A stretch of 64,000 bases of DNA from Cyanophora paradoxa CCMP329 (Eukaryota > Plantae > Glaucophyta): the NCBI GenBank assembly GCA_004431415.1, contig QPMI01000194.1:1-64000 (forward strand), given 5' to 3'. Position 1 is the stretch's first letter. Every line of letters begins with the position of its first letter. Under the pieces are notes generated by a model. That model was not told the origin of the DNA. It saw only the letters and a program-made list of their open reading frames with translations, and made no database searches. Below are positions 21,871 to 35,036 of the stretch, piece after piece. Both the position numbers and the translations under genes were made by a program.

Positions 21871-23451
21871 TTGAACTGATCATGGGAAGGCTGCCCAAGA
21901 AGAACTGTCTCACCTTTCTCTCTTGCATTGCAACATGTCCTATATGTGTAAAGAGTGCTTCGAAGCATGGCACTGCGCACGTCAGGTGCATAGGGGGGAA
22001 TATAAGATCTGCATATCGTTTGCATGCGAATTACAATCGAGATTGAGTTATGTCCAACCCTGTCGACATCCAAAAAAATCGCAATCAAACTCAAAATCAA
22101 AGTCTTACTCCCGTCAAACCCCATCCAACCAAATGAAACTGGCCTTCTCCCGCCAACCCCTCAGGGCCTGTACATGTACAAGCTATACGATGATCTGCTT
22201 TGAATTCCTCCACTACCTGTGCCACTCTACCCCCAACCCGTCACGGCGTCCCCCGAGCTCGAGCTACCCCCTCCTTGCTCCCCCCCCCCTTTCAAGTTCA
22301 ACGGTTTCTCCCCGGAGTCTTTACCCCACTGGGCCATGGCCAGGCCGGCATTAGAAAGAGGCCCGAACTGGGATTTCGTCTATTGCTTTCCGTATATACG
22401 TAGCTAGATATATATATATAGGCCCAGGGCACAATTGCAATTGACTAGTACTTGAGACTTGAGATCTAGCTATATAGCTAGCTGCTAGGGACCTAGGTGC
22501 GCATACTACCCAGAAAGTTAATTGCATAACTCGGTTGGGGAGTGTGTGTTGTGGCATGGCGGGGCGAGGGGGGGAGCGCGCTACGCGCCAGCTGGCATAA
22601 TTAAAGAGGCCCTTACATAGAGCAGTTCGCAAGTGGTGGCGTCTAGCGCCGTTACCATCGATTTTCGACCACTGCGGGCGCGGGATTCGCGGCGCGGGAT
22701 CGGCAAGACAGCTACACGAGTGCTAGGGAATCGGCGCGCATAGGTCCTTTTTGCTAGCGGATCCCCGCTGCGCGCCCGCGCGCCAAGGTCCCGCGCGCCC
22801 GCTTGCGGAGGGGGGGGACAGCGATTCCGTCATGCAGTCCGCGCTGCTAGCGCTCTGGTCGCGTTATGCATGCGCGGTACAGCGCAACGATTGCGCTGTG
22901 TACCGCTTCGGGTCCTCCGCGCTGCCGCCGCCGCGCCAGCGCCGGTTTTGGGGCTGCCCAAAACCGGGGGGGACAGCGTTACGAGGCACCATGCAGCTCC
23001 AGCCACACATCGCCCGGTGTGCGAAACGCTCGAGCGCGTCGCACTCCCCAGGCGCCGCCGCTATATCTGGCGCCTCCATCTGGCCCCGCTCGCCGCCGCA
23101 GTACACGGCGACTACACGCCGCACATCGCGGCACATGTGTCGCGTGTAGTCGCCGTACTACGGTACGCGTGTACTGCACAACACACTCCCCAACCGAGTT
23201 ATGCAATTATCTTTCTAGCAGAATGCGCTCTTGTGTCCCTGATACTAGCGCTATAGCTATATAGGGGGGAGCCGAGATCTGATATCGATCGCGATGGATA
23301 CTAGTACGTACGTATATATACTGACCTGCTAGCGCTTCCCTAGCTAGCGCTATAGCTATATAGCTATAGCTATAGATCGATATCTCAATTACCGCAATGC
23401 AAGTCTTCTCTAACATGTACCGTAGTACACCGTGGCACCCTCAGCGGCCTG

Positions 23452-23454
<3 letters not shown>

Positions 23455-23536
<82 letters not shown>

Positions 23537-23537
23537 G
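23455..23537. repeat. (TA)n microsatellite
   Basis: About 80 bp of AT dinucleotide with one phase shift. Confidence 0.98.
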
Positions 23538-23656
23538 CTAGCTAGCCTGTTCTGCACGTATGAGCGCCGGACCGCCAGGGCATACATGTATACGGTAGAT
23601 CTAGACCGTTTAGGCATTTGTGCCGTCACTGCTCTTGTGGCTGGTTCTCTGTCAGT

Positions 23657-23755
23657 TGTGCCTTGCAAATTGGGCCTCCGGGTCCTTTGCCTTTACTCAA
23701 AACCGTTCGGCTGGCTTGGGCGTTTCTTATACATACTCTTCATCTTTTTACGTCC
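23657..23755. repeat. Dispersed repeat family C, copy 2
   Basis: Similar to 13953-14055. Confidence 0.75.
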
Positions 23756-23944
23756 AACCAGCGCCGTTTAACCCCCAATCAACGTGAGGGAATCGTGCTC
23801 TGCATTGAGAAGATAGGACGAAATGCGGATCTATAGACACCATGTACACCGATTTTGATTCAGCAACAACCTGTCCATATTACATCCCACTTCCCCGGAG
23901 AATTCAAACAAAAATGCCGGCAGGCGTTTAGGTTTCGATCACAT

Positions 23945-25162
23945 TTACTGATCGATAACTGCGCACATAAAACATTAGAGCGCAGAGGAGTGAACGGGAA
24001 AAAAAGGGCAAACCGAGCGCGAAGCCTGGACGTTGCAAAGAGGAGTGCAATCAGTTGCAGGCTAGAGCATGCTTTGTGAGGTAAGCAGGCTAGAGACGCA
24101 CCGAGCTTGTGCGAGTCCTTGTCGAGGGTGCGGGTGTTGACCTGGCCGGCAACAACGAATGTGACCTTGGGGCGGAGCTCCTGCGAGTACGCCACAGACG
24201 CGACACCCTCGGTATCGATCTTGGCCTGCGCATACAAGTTAATGCGCTGCACGAAGTCAGAAAACAAATGCAAGACGAACCCGGACGTAGGAGGTCTTGT
24301 CGAGCTTGTACAAACCGCCGAGAGTGAAGGTGTTGCTCCTGTCCGACTTTTTGTGGACGAACTCGCCAGCGACCGAGGTAGTGGCATTGAGGTGATGCAC
24401 ATAGGAGGCCGCATACTCGCCGAGCTTGTTGCGCCTGTACGCGCATTGAGAGGCTACCGCGCGAGAGTTGCGTTTGAAAACGCACGCCGCAGCAGTGACG
24501 ACGAAGTCGCCCGCCTTGCCGTACGACACCGCCGCATCGTACTTGGTGGGGACGCCCTTGTTGGTGTCGTACTCAACGTTGCCACCCGCGGAGATGCTGT
24601 CGGTTACGCCGACGACGACGGAGCTCCCGACCTTCAGGCCGGAGTCGATGAACGCGGTCGCCGTGAACTTGTCCTGGCGGTACTCGGCGGCAGCGGTCCC
24701 GACCATGGGCTCGGGGTAAAGGCCGCGGAAGACGAGCTTGAGGCCCTTAGTAAACGCGTCCGCAACCTCGAGGTCGGCCGACACTTTGCCCGCTGTGTCG
24801 ACCTTCGCGGAGATCCCCGCCGGCCCCTGCTTGCCCTTGATGGCGAGCTCTCCGCCAATGGGCCCGCTCGGAAGGCTGCTTCCGGCCGCGTTGAAGACCT
24901 GATCGGCGGTGGTGAGGCGATCCGAAGAAGCGGCGAAAAGGCGATCCTGGTCCGTCGCGCACCACACCGCTGCTCGTGGTCGATTTCAGCGACAGCTTCT
25001 TGTCATAGGAGTAGTCCTTCGACAGAATGTCTGCGGCGCGGAAGAGGGCTCAATCGCGGGTGACGCGCGTCATTCTGGAGCCGGCGCTCCCGTCATGAAG
25101 AGGGCGCCGTTGCACGCACCCTTCGCGGACTTGCCGAGCTCTGCGAACACAGGGAGAGGCAT
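23945..25162 (-). CDS. VDAC: Mitochondrial porin (VDAC)
   Basis: MPLPVFAELGKSAK|DILSKDYSYD.., amphipathic beta strands, AKIDTEGVASVAYSQELRPKVT..SHKLG|FAL|VIDQ*. Confidence 0.9.
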
Positions 25163-25263
25163 TTGGCGGGTTTTGGATGATGCGATGCGCTCTCTACCCC
25201 TCGTCTGCGATCCGAGGTGTACCCCCGCAAGGCCGAGCATCGGCGAGCAAGCCGACGACTGGG

Positions 25264-28200
25264 ATGGCGGCGCGGCGGCTGCAGATCGCCCTCGGGGTGC
25301 TGCTGGTGCTGGCGACCTCGAATGCCTTTTACCTCCCCGGTGTTGCGCCCAGGTCCGCGCCGTGCCCACTGCCCCACGCGCCGGCTTACACGCGCTCCCC
25401 ATTTCGGCAGGGAATACATGGTACGATTCGTTCTATCTGTCCGAACGCCGGCGCTGCCCACATCTTTTGCAGGACGGCGATGCGGTGGATGTGAAGGTCA
25501 ACACTCTGACCAGCGTGAAAACTCAGGTCCGCGAGTCGCATGCGCGTCAATCAATGCGCTTGGCCTAATCGCACACTCAGCTCCCGTACGAGTACTATGC
25601 CGTAAGCTTGCCGCCCGGGCCCCGTGCCTGCTCTCTCAGCCCTTTCGCATAGCTGCCGTTTTGCCGCCCTGGTCACATTGAGAACGCTGCCGAAAATCTT
25701 GGAGAGGTGCTTCGGGGCGACAAGATCCAGAACTCGCTCTACAAGGCGCGTCGCATCCACTTGCTCGTTCTCCCGGGAGAGATAGAACGGGCGCGCGCTC
25801 TCGCAGATGAACATGGCCCAGAATCATGAGTGTGTAGTTCTCTGCAAGAAGACTCTCAAGCCAGAGGACCTTGAGGATTTTCGGAGGAAGATTGATGAGG
25901 ACTACCGTGTGAACATGTGCGCGACTATCACGTACTGCATCCCGCCAAGTCCCCACATTTGATCGCCCGCAGGATCGTTGACAACCTGCCAGTCGCAATG
26001 CGACTTCCGGGCACGCATCGGTCTGAAGATGAGCAGCAGAAGCATGTCATCGAGGCCGGTTTTCCAGTGGGCATTGTACCCCGTGTTCCTTCGCCCTACA
26101 ATGTGGTCTGTTCCTTTTCTTTGTCCTTTTCGTCGTTCCTTTCTTTCCCGCACGGCTTTAATAGTTCCGAAGCACCCCCAGCCTGGCATGGTCGAGGGCA
26201 AGCACTACCTTTACAATCATCTGCGTTTTATCGTCTTCTATCACACCGACCCCGCATCGTACACGGGCAAGCGCATCGTCGGGTTCGAAGTGGAGCCTGT
26301 TAGGTACCCGCCCTGACTCAATGCTCTCCTCATGACTTCTATGGTGATGCTCTTGCGTAGTGTCCAGTACGATCCGAATTTCGGAGATGATAAGCCGAAG
26401 GAGTGTCCGTTCGGCCCCAACGACAAGCACATTCCCTTGGATATGGAGGGTGATAAGGAGAAGAAAGTTGTGTTCACCTACGATGTCGTGTGGAAGGTCC
26501 GCTTATCAAATATGTCTTCCGATTTTCTTTCAGCAGCTACTCATTTAATACCAGGACTCGCCCGTCAAGTGGGCTTCACGCTGGGACGTGTACCTTCACA
26601 TGACAGACAACCAGATTCACTGGTTTTCGATTATCAACTCGCTTATGATCGTTTTGTTCCTTACGGGCATGGTGGCCATGATTCTGATGAGAACTTTGAA
26701 CCAAGACTTCCGCCGCTATAACCAGTTGGAGACTTCGGAAGATGCACAGGAGGAAACTGGATGGAAGCTGGTCCACGGCGATGTCTTCCGCCCGCCCACT
26801 CACGCCGGCCTGCTTGCGGCCTATGTTGGCACCGGCGTACAAGTATTTGGCATGACACTGATAACCATGAGTGTGTTTTTTTCCTTTTCCAGAAATTGCA
26901 GACTGACGCATTATGCATGATTAGTCTTTGCCGTTCTCGGATTCCTGAGTCCTGCAAATCGAGGCGGCCTGATGACTGCTCTGCTGCTTCTCTTTGTCTT
27001 TATGGGGTGCGGCCCTCCCAATGTGAGCTGTGGAATTATCTCATCATTTTGCAGAGCTTTCGCCGGATACTGGTCCTCACGGCTGTACAAGATGTTTAAG
27101 GGAACTGCATGGAAGCGGAACACCCTGATGGTTCGTTTCTAATCGTGATTTTCGTGGCACGAGAATCTTTCGCGATCACTAATTGTGATTAGACTGCGTT
27201 CATGTTTCCGGGAATCATATTTGCGTTGTTTTTCTTCCTGAATCTCCTCGTGTGGGGCGAGCGGTCGGCTGGAGCAGTTCCTTTCTGTCCGTCACCTTAT
27301 TTGAGATGTCGATCACGACTTACTTCAAACCAGGGTCTATGTTTGCACTTATTTTCCTTTGGTTCGGTATCTCGGTGCCTCTTGTCTTCATCGGTTCTTA
27401 CTTTGGCCTGAAGAAGCCAGTGCGTCCTTGTCTCATCATACGTAGACATGCCCTGAAAATTTTCGCGTGTCCAGGCCATCGAGCACCCAGTGAGAACGAA
27501 TCAGATCCCTCGTCAAATTCCAGAGCAAGCTTGGTACATGAAGCCTGCATTCTCAATTCTGATCGGGGGCATTCTGCCTTTCGGGGCGGTGTTCATCGAG
27601 CTCTTCTTCATCTTGTCTTCTCTGTGGCTTCATCAGTTCTACTATATGTTCACGTTCCTGTTCATCGTCTTTGTCATCCTTATCCTCACTTGTGCGGAAA
27701 TCACCATCGTGCTCTGCTACTTCCAGCTTTGTAGCGAGGTTTGCATGCTCTCAGCAATGTTGCTGTTATAGCTCTGCTGATAATGTCGGCAGGACTATCA
27801 CTGGTGGTGGCGCTCCTACTTGACAGCTGGATCCTCTGCTGTCTACCTCTTTGCCTACTCGTTCGTACCCTCTCTCGTCTTGGATCATTAGTCTTCTAAC
27901 TGCTCCAATGCAGGATCTTCTATTACATCACGAAGCTAGATATGGACAGGCCAGTCTCCGCCATGATGTTCTTTGGCTGTTCGTGTTCTATTCCTTTGTG
28001 GCTGTCTACTTCATCAACTAATCAGCGCGAGTGCAGACATGTCCATGGCTTCATGTGCGGCACTGGACTTCTGTTTTCCCCTTGACGTTTTCCCTGACCT
28101 CTTTTCTCGTTCACAGTTGGCTTCTTTGTCCTCACTGGATCGATCGGCTTCTTTGCGTGCTTTATGTTCGTGCGGAAAATTTATGGAAGTGTCAAGGTGG

Positions 28201-28265
28201 GTGAAGAAGCCATTATACCAACGACAGATAAACATGACGACTGATCCATCGAGCAGGTCGACTAA
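25264..28265 (+). CDS. TM9SF: Transmembrane 9 superfamily protein (EMP70/TM9SF2/4-like)
   Basis: [57 protein letters not shown], ends KIYGSVK|VD*. Confidence 0.97.
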
Positions 28266-28769
28266 ACACCAGCGTTCTCATAACAGCAGTTTCACTTAGA
28301 TCAGGAAAACCAAGCATCAGAAATATATCCAGCATTTGTGAGCATCAACAACAATGTTGGTTCGAGCATCCAACATCAACAACTGCGCTCGATGTTGCTC
28401 TTACGTTTCAGCACAAATCTAAATTGCACAGTCCAGGATACAAACGTGATCCTACCGTCCAACCTGGAATCAACTCTTCCCAACCTTTTAATCAGGTCAC
28501 CGGGGTGGAGATTGTGTGCGGCTGTGCCGGAGATTAAGTTGTGGAACGCTCGCCTCAGTGAAAAAAATAGTACGAAAACTTGAACAGTCGCTTCAGAGCT
28601 CGAGCCTCGAGTAGGTAAGACAGCAGCGCCTGAAGCTGCTGCTGCAGCAGCTAAGTGAGGTAGCAGCGCCTACAGCTATTATCTCTAGCTAGATCTAGAG
28701 GCGCGAGCGCATCACTAGCTTTCGCGCAGCATAGCTGTCGCGCAGCACTAGCTATCGCGCCCGATATCG

Positions 28770-31185
28770 ATGAGGGAAGCCATCACGCTCCAGGTGGGCC
28801 CGTACAGCAACTACGTCGGCGCACACTTCTGGAATCTGCAGGTGGCGCAGTTTCGGAACGCACGATCGACGCTTCCGCCCGCGCTGAACGAGTCGCAGGA
28901 CGAAGTCAACGCGTATTCAGCGGCCGGAGTCGTGCCCGAGATCGATCTGGACGTTCTCTTCCGTGAAACGAAGAACGCTCGCGTGCGTTGCTTGCCCTTC
29001 GGAGCGCGCTCACCGTTCACAACCTCCGCACAGGGCGCCTCAGCCTACGTGCCCCGAGCCATTTGCTGCGACTACCAAGGCGTGCGAATGCATCTGTCAC
29101 TCGACTCTGTATTCGATTCGACAGACCGGGCAGAGAATTTTGGCTGGCTGGGACTTGGCGGTGGCAACGCCGCGGAGCATGGCCCTGCGGTCGAATCGCT
29201 CTGGTGCCGAGGCAATGCCAATGCAGGCTGTATCTGTCTGCGACCGATCGTGCGAGAATCGCGCAGGTCTGGCAAAGTCGAGCGGGTGGACGCTGAGGCC
29301 GTCCAGCCGAGCCCCTATGTGCAGGGCCTCATGCAGGAAGTAGTGCGTTTCCGGGCCCCTTCTGTTTGCGAGATCTCATGCAGCGCCCCTAGGACAGCGC
29401 CAGCGTTGAGACGCCGTCGAATTTGGAGATAGAAGCATCTGCTCGCCACTGGCCTGACTTCGCGAAGGTTTTTTGCACCTTTTTCAAAAATCACGGAAAC
29501 ACTCATACGCTTATAGGTTGAATTTCATGAGCGCAGTCTGGCAGGGCTCCCCCCGGCCGTCTGCGCATCCTCTGATAGTGAAAGCATTGGCGGACTGAAC
29601 GGCTACATCGCTGGAGCCGAGCTGGCTAAAGGGTCCTGGGTACGATTTTCTCTTCCTCGAAGTATTAGTTTACGTCTGTGATCACGCTTATTCTCGATCG
29701 CGCTGGTAGGGCGACGATTTGCTTGAAAGAATGCGCTGGTTTGTTGAAGAGTGTGATAATCTGCAAGGTATGAAACGATAATCACAGCCAGGCATCGCTG
29801 TCTTGTTAGTATACTCTCACGCATCGTAGGTTTTCAAGTCTTCTGTGATACAAGTGGCTATTTTTCAGCAATTGCATCTGCGCTCATCGAATCAATTCGG
29901 GATGATTTTGGGTCATCAAGCTCAGTACTATCTTTTCATTTGCACCCACCACTCTCACAATCAACTGTCCTTTCTGAGGTATTCGCTACAATTGGCTCAC
30001 ATACATTTCTCGTTTATGGCACGCTTCAGAATCGGCGGCTGCAACAGTCTTTGTCAGAGAATCTCGGTGTTGCTTCACTCACGGATGCTTCATCGGTCAT
30101 TGTGCCTATCGCTGCACTTCCTCCTTTTCCATACGCGCCCGCTTGCCAGGTCAGCACTTTCTGACCAGGTCGGATGTTGCATTTCTGAGGGCTTCACCAG
30201 CCTCAGAAATGGTATCATGCTGCTGCATTTCATGCTGCCTCCCTGGACTCACTCACTGTTGGAAGCCGGTGTGTTTCTCGTGGTCTCTTTGTTCGTCATG
30301 GTAGTCATTTATTTCTGCACAGGATAAGGGCAGGAGCCGGGGCTGTGGCATTCTCACTTGATTCTCTTGTTGGAAGTTTGCGATGCCAAGAGAGATTACG
30401 AGTTGCATCAGCATGGAGTGCAGTTCCCCTTCCAGTTTTCGCAGATGCTCCTCTCGACCAAGTTCTTGAGCCAGTTCATCCAGTCATGCAACCGGCCATG
30501 GTAGCTTTGTCGCCTGTGAAGGGGCCACACGTGTTTTTTTCGGAGCACTGTGTCGTGAGAGGCTGGCCTGGCAGCGCTAGCCACACACATCAATCATTGC
30601 TGCATCTGTGTGCACGCCAACCTTGCATTGCTTCCACGTGGTGCTTTGCTGCTCTATTGTTGCATCTTTGCTGTGTCATAAGCCACCCTGGTCACAGCAT
30701 AGTCGGTGAACAGCAAGTTCTCATCCCTGGTCCGTTTCCACAAGTCTTTGCACCAGTCATTGGGCGACTGGTACTTGGGACCTTGGCTTCTTCTGGCATT
30801 CGATTCTGTTCTCTGACCGACACAACATCAGGGGCGTCCTCAGCATAAATCCAAAGATGTACAAGACATTTCCGGTGCTTATCTGCGTTCCTTGAGTATG
30901 CACAGCCCTGTTTATATGCATAGCACAGAATGTGCTGTTGAAGCGATGGCGACAATGGGACACCTTGGAACTCATTCTGGATTCAAGGGATGGGCAAGCA
31001 CAATCTCGCAGCAGCTGTGTTTTCCTCGAAGTATTGCTACTTTCCGGGTAACTTCGCTTCCTTTTTGTCGATCTTGCAAATGCTCATGCACTTGGTTTGT
31101 GCAGTCCAACACGGACATATCCGAGGTTGCCTCCGGGGCAGCGTCATTTCTGGCGGACATTGCAGAGGCCTTCGATAGTGATTGA
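28770..31185 (+). CDS. MSTO1: Misato/DML1 tubulin-like protein (3' end approximate)
   Basis: MREAITLQVGPYSNYVGAHFWNLQ|DE, DLDVLFRE, YVPRAICCD, GFQVFCD. Confidence 0.85.
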
Positions 31186-31496
31186 TTTGCAGTACTGTGG
31201 AAAGCGCAATCGCTAAAGCAACAGTGTTGCAACGGGCCCAGCCCACCTTGCGCTTGACCAGCCGGTCCCTGTGTGGCCCACTGAGGGTAATGTGCCTCCC
31301 TGTGGACATGCTAGGTGCCCCGTGTGTTGAGAGCATCATCATTTCTTGGATGGTGGTGAGAGCTCCTGTCACGAGTCCAGTTGGCTTCAAGGCTTGGGGC
31401 TCCAACAGGGCCGAAATCGAAAGCCCTGAAATCGAAGGTCAAACAACCGCGTGCACTCGATCTAAGTAAAGGCATCACTGTAGCACACCATCTTGG

Positions 31497-31584
31497 CAAG
31501 GTGAGCCCGTGATGGCACGCGGAATAGACCTCATGATCATGATCGACTCCAACAAGGTGAGCCCGTGATGGCACGCGGAATAGA
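31497..31584. repeat. 32-bp perfect direct repeat with a 24-bp spacer
   Basis: CAAGGTGAGCCCGTGATGGCACGCGGAATAGA at 31497-31528 and 31553-31584. Confidence 0.95.
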
Positions 31585-32061
31585 GGCTCGGCGATTCATA
31601 TCCTATATATATATATATGTTCGGCGATTTATATCCTATGATCGGCACTATGATCCGGAACTTGACACTTCCGGGCGAGAGTTTGGCGAACTCGCCAGAT
31701 ATCGATTGCCCGACCAATGGCGTGACTTCAAATCTGCAGGGGCTACAGGAAAATTCCGGCTGTGTTCAGGCGGGCGCCAGAAGGAACTCTGACTTGTTAC
31801 GAATCATCGATGATTGGCCCACAAGGCCTAGGCTGCAGCTGCCTGAGTTCAAGTGAGTTGGCATAGGTCGAACTTAAAAATTCTGAAACCTTGAATGCCC
31901 ATCGCGGCATTAAGCTGTCGCGCATCACTAGCTCTCGCGCCCCATGAAGGAAGCTCAATGAACAGTCACTGTTCAAATACCGGTAGCTCGATTTTTTATA
32001 TCAAGCAACGGAGGTCAACGTCTGAAATCTGCTTTCGCAATTTCTGGCTACACTACACTGT

Positions 32062-33849
32062 TCACGCTTCTGCTTTTGCTACACGACCCCGACCCCGCAC
32101 TGCATTCGCTGCACCTCGTTCACCTCCAGGCGAACTGCGAGCTGCCCCGCCACGGCCAGCCCCACGACCACCCCTCGACGACATTGGCCGGTCCATGCCA
32201 CCACGGCTGCCCCTGAGATGCGGGCCGCCACGTCCACGGCCCCGGAAGTCACCCCCGCGAGCCTCACCACCGCGAGTCTTTGACTGCCGGGTCTCAACCT
32301 TCAATTCCTTTCCATCCAGCGCAGGCTGCTCCAAGTTTAGTTCGATGCAGAGTTTAGGGTTAGGGCAGGAGTTTAGGGTTAGGGAAAGGCAACATGAAAC
32401 GCGAAGAGACAAACCCTGGTCGCGTCCGCAAGAAGCTTGACAACCGCTTCAGGAGTTTCGAAGTCGACAAATCCGTAGTTCTAAATGTGAAAGGGATTGT
32501 GGGATTAAAGAAAAGCTCACAGGAACAAATATATGATGCCCGACCTTGTCCGTCCTGATAGTGACACCAGTAATGGTCCCGTATTTCGCGAAAAGCGCGC
32601 GAAGCTTGGACTCGACCGTGGGCATGTCATAGACATCCGTAGGGAGATTCCCCACGAACACAGAACGCTTCTCATCTGGACACCCTCGCTCAGCGAGGGG
32701 CAGGCAGGTTGAGCGAAATTAAGGACAGCAAACCCTCTGCTGCATCATCAATCCCAGAGCGATCTTCGGTAATTGGTGCGTGCTGTCCGGGCGCAGGCTG
32801 TGGAGTGGAAGTGGATGGCCGCGGCGCGGTTGCTTGCGGACGAGATTCCTTTGGCTTCTCCAGAGCATTTGCAGCCGCGGCCGTCGAAAGAATCGATGCG
32901 TATGTCTTCTTACCCCCTGCAACCGAGGCGGCCGCGCTGTCCTCGGCTACTTGCACTGGCGTCGAACTGCCGGTCGCCGCGCGACTCTCCGAATCGACCG
33001 GCGCGCTTGCTGGCGCCGCGATCGCAGTAGCCGCAGCGTGGCGCGTAGCGGCTGCAGGTGCTGGTTGAGCTGGAGCTTGGGCAGGAGCTTGGGCGGGAGT
33101 TGGGGCTGCTGGCGTGGCTACTGCCAGGGGCTGCTGAGCCGGCGTCTTCGGGGGAGCGCTATGAGAAACGACGGTCTGGACGGGCTCCGGAACGGGGTGG
33201 GCTGGAGGTGCGAAGTGAATAAGAAGCAGGACTGTGTCGAAGAAAAGGGCGCACCAGTCAAATCCGCGGAAGCGGCCGAGGTCGCTTCCGGCTGAAGGAA
33301 ACGGAAGATGTCATTCAACACGTAGAACCCGTTCTGCTGCGGCGCGAGGAAGAAGGTTTGCGCGAAACGCCGTGGCGCCGAGTTCTTGTTTGCAAGGTAG
33401 CCAGTAACCATCACGATGACGCCGCCGCTGAGTGATGTCTGGCTATCTACAAAAGAGATCTGTGGCTTGCAGTCCTTGAAGTCGAGGGACAGAATCTTTT
33501 CATGGATGTTCTGTGGGGCGCCGCAGCACGAGCGGCGCTCAGGTGCGCAAGATTCCGAACATGCGCGAGGTACATGGCCTGGTTCGCACCTTCTGGCCGA
33601 CGGCGGTGTCGGTCGACTTCTCGGCGTCCTCCTCGCTGAATGTGAAAACACTCTCCTCTTTGTAGAAGCGGTGGAGAGAGTTTGGGTTCGACGCAAGCAG
33701 CATGTAGTACTGGCGCACAAACGCATTCCCTGCGATGGGATGGCTGCGTGCTTAGCATGCGTCGCGCAGACTGGGCGATGATTCGGTCTTACAGCTAACG
33801 CGAACGCCGCGGACGCTGGCGCACCGACTACATTCGGGTTCGTCGCCAT
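32062..33849 (-). CDS. G3BP: G3BP/NTF2-RRM-RGG RNA-binding protein
   Basis: NTF2 (VDSQTSLSGGVIVMVTG, FAQTFFLAPQQNGFYVLNDIFRF), RRM (SVFVGNLP), C-terminal RGG repeats. Confidence 0.92.
32353..32384 (+). repeat. Interstitial telomere-like repeats in a G3BP intron
   Basis: TTTAGGGTTAGGG-CAGGAG-TTTAGGGTTAGGG. Confidence 0.75.
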
Positions 33850-34058
33850 CGCTTTTCGCGCCTCAGCCTTGAGTTCTGGTGTACCCCAAAGACCACCGAA
33901 CAGGTCCGAACTTGTGACCGAAGTGACCGACCAAGGCGTGCGTTGTGAAGCCGACAATTTGTTATAGCGCGTAGCACAGCCAGACGGCACCCAGCGGACG
34001 TGTACAGCCAAGCCCGGAACCGGAGAGTTGGAGCAAGTTAGGACGGCCAGATGCACGG

Positions 34059-34620
34059 TATGCGTAGGGAGCTGGAGGAGGCCAGGAAGTCAAGCGTTCA
34101 GAGGTGGAACGCCAGGCTCGATCGCTCCGCGTACAAGCGCGCCCATGTCCGGTTAATTCTGGCTTGTGCTGACACTTCATCAGGGTGGACCTCCTAGCAG
34201 AGACAGAACGCATTGAGGAGGAGAACAGGGTGCGGCTGCAGTCCCAGGCTAGGAGAGCCCGGGCGCTGGAGAGCCGCAAAGAGCAGGTTCGGCACACCTG
34301 CCAACTTACGTCGATAGCGCTCTTCATGACTGGATGCCAGGTGAAGAATGAGATAATTTTAAAAGCGCTCGCCGAGGAATCGGATGTCGAGGCGCTTCGC
34401 AGAGAGAAGCGACTGCTTGCGGAAGGTGAGGCCTTCCTGCTTGCAGATTTGTTGTATGCTGACCGCGAGTATCGCTTCTCAAGAGGAAAAAAGGCTGCGA
34501 GCGATTCTAGGTAAATCAATCTTTCGATTTGACGTTTCGGAATGCAGCTGAGGCGTTCCCTGTTATAGATCTCGAGAAGTCTCTGGCCAAGATCAGTTCT
34601 GCGGGAACAGCCCCTAAGAC
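34059..34620 (+). CDS. Uncharacterised coiled-coil protein (ends uncertain)
   Basis: Exons MRRELEEARK.., VDLLAETERIEEENRVRL..RKEQ|VKNEIILKALAEESDVEALRREKRLLAE with GT-AG introns. Confidence 0.6.
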
Positions 34621-35036
34621 AAGATAGCAACGTCGGGCTGGTTTTATCTTGCTTTCAGCGTAGACACGCCATGTGGTGACGGGCTACACTTGGGCTGGTG
34701 TAGCCCTAGCGGTTGCCGGCCTGGCCTTTCCCCCTGTGGTGTTGAAGGGAAGTACCGCTCCATCCCCGTGCGCAGGCAGTGAGCATGACGGGTGCAGCAG
34801 GCAGTGAGCATGACAGGTGCTGTGAAAGGCAGCTCCATGCATTTGATCGTGCTGGCTGTTGGAACAGCTATTGCTATAGCATGCGCAGCACATGCACAGT
34901 CTTCTAACGCGAGCAAATGCACAGTCTTTCTAACGTGAGTTTTTCACTCCCTGTCCAACCCCATCCAAAGGGGCCCCTGGGCAATGTAGCAGTACGAGTA
35001 AAGATTGTCTAGCTAATCCCGAAATCGATCGACAGC

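Noticed and set aside
24107-25063. 318-aa + strand ORF, and similar antisense ORFs over SEC24, SF3B2, ACLA and COX6B
   Set aside because: Antisense shadows of GC3-rich genes with no recognisable motifs.
31497-31584. CRISPR array (32-bp repeat, 24-bp spacer)
   Set aside because: Only two repeats, a low-complexity spacer, no cas genes, and a eukaryotic context.
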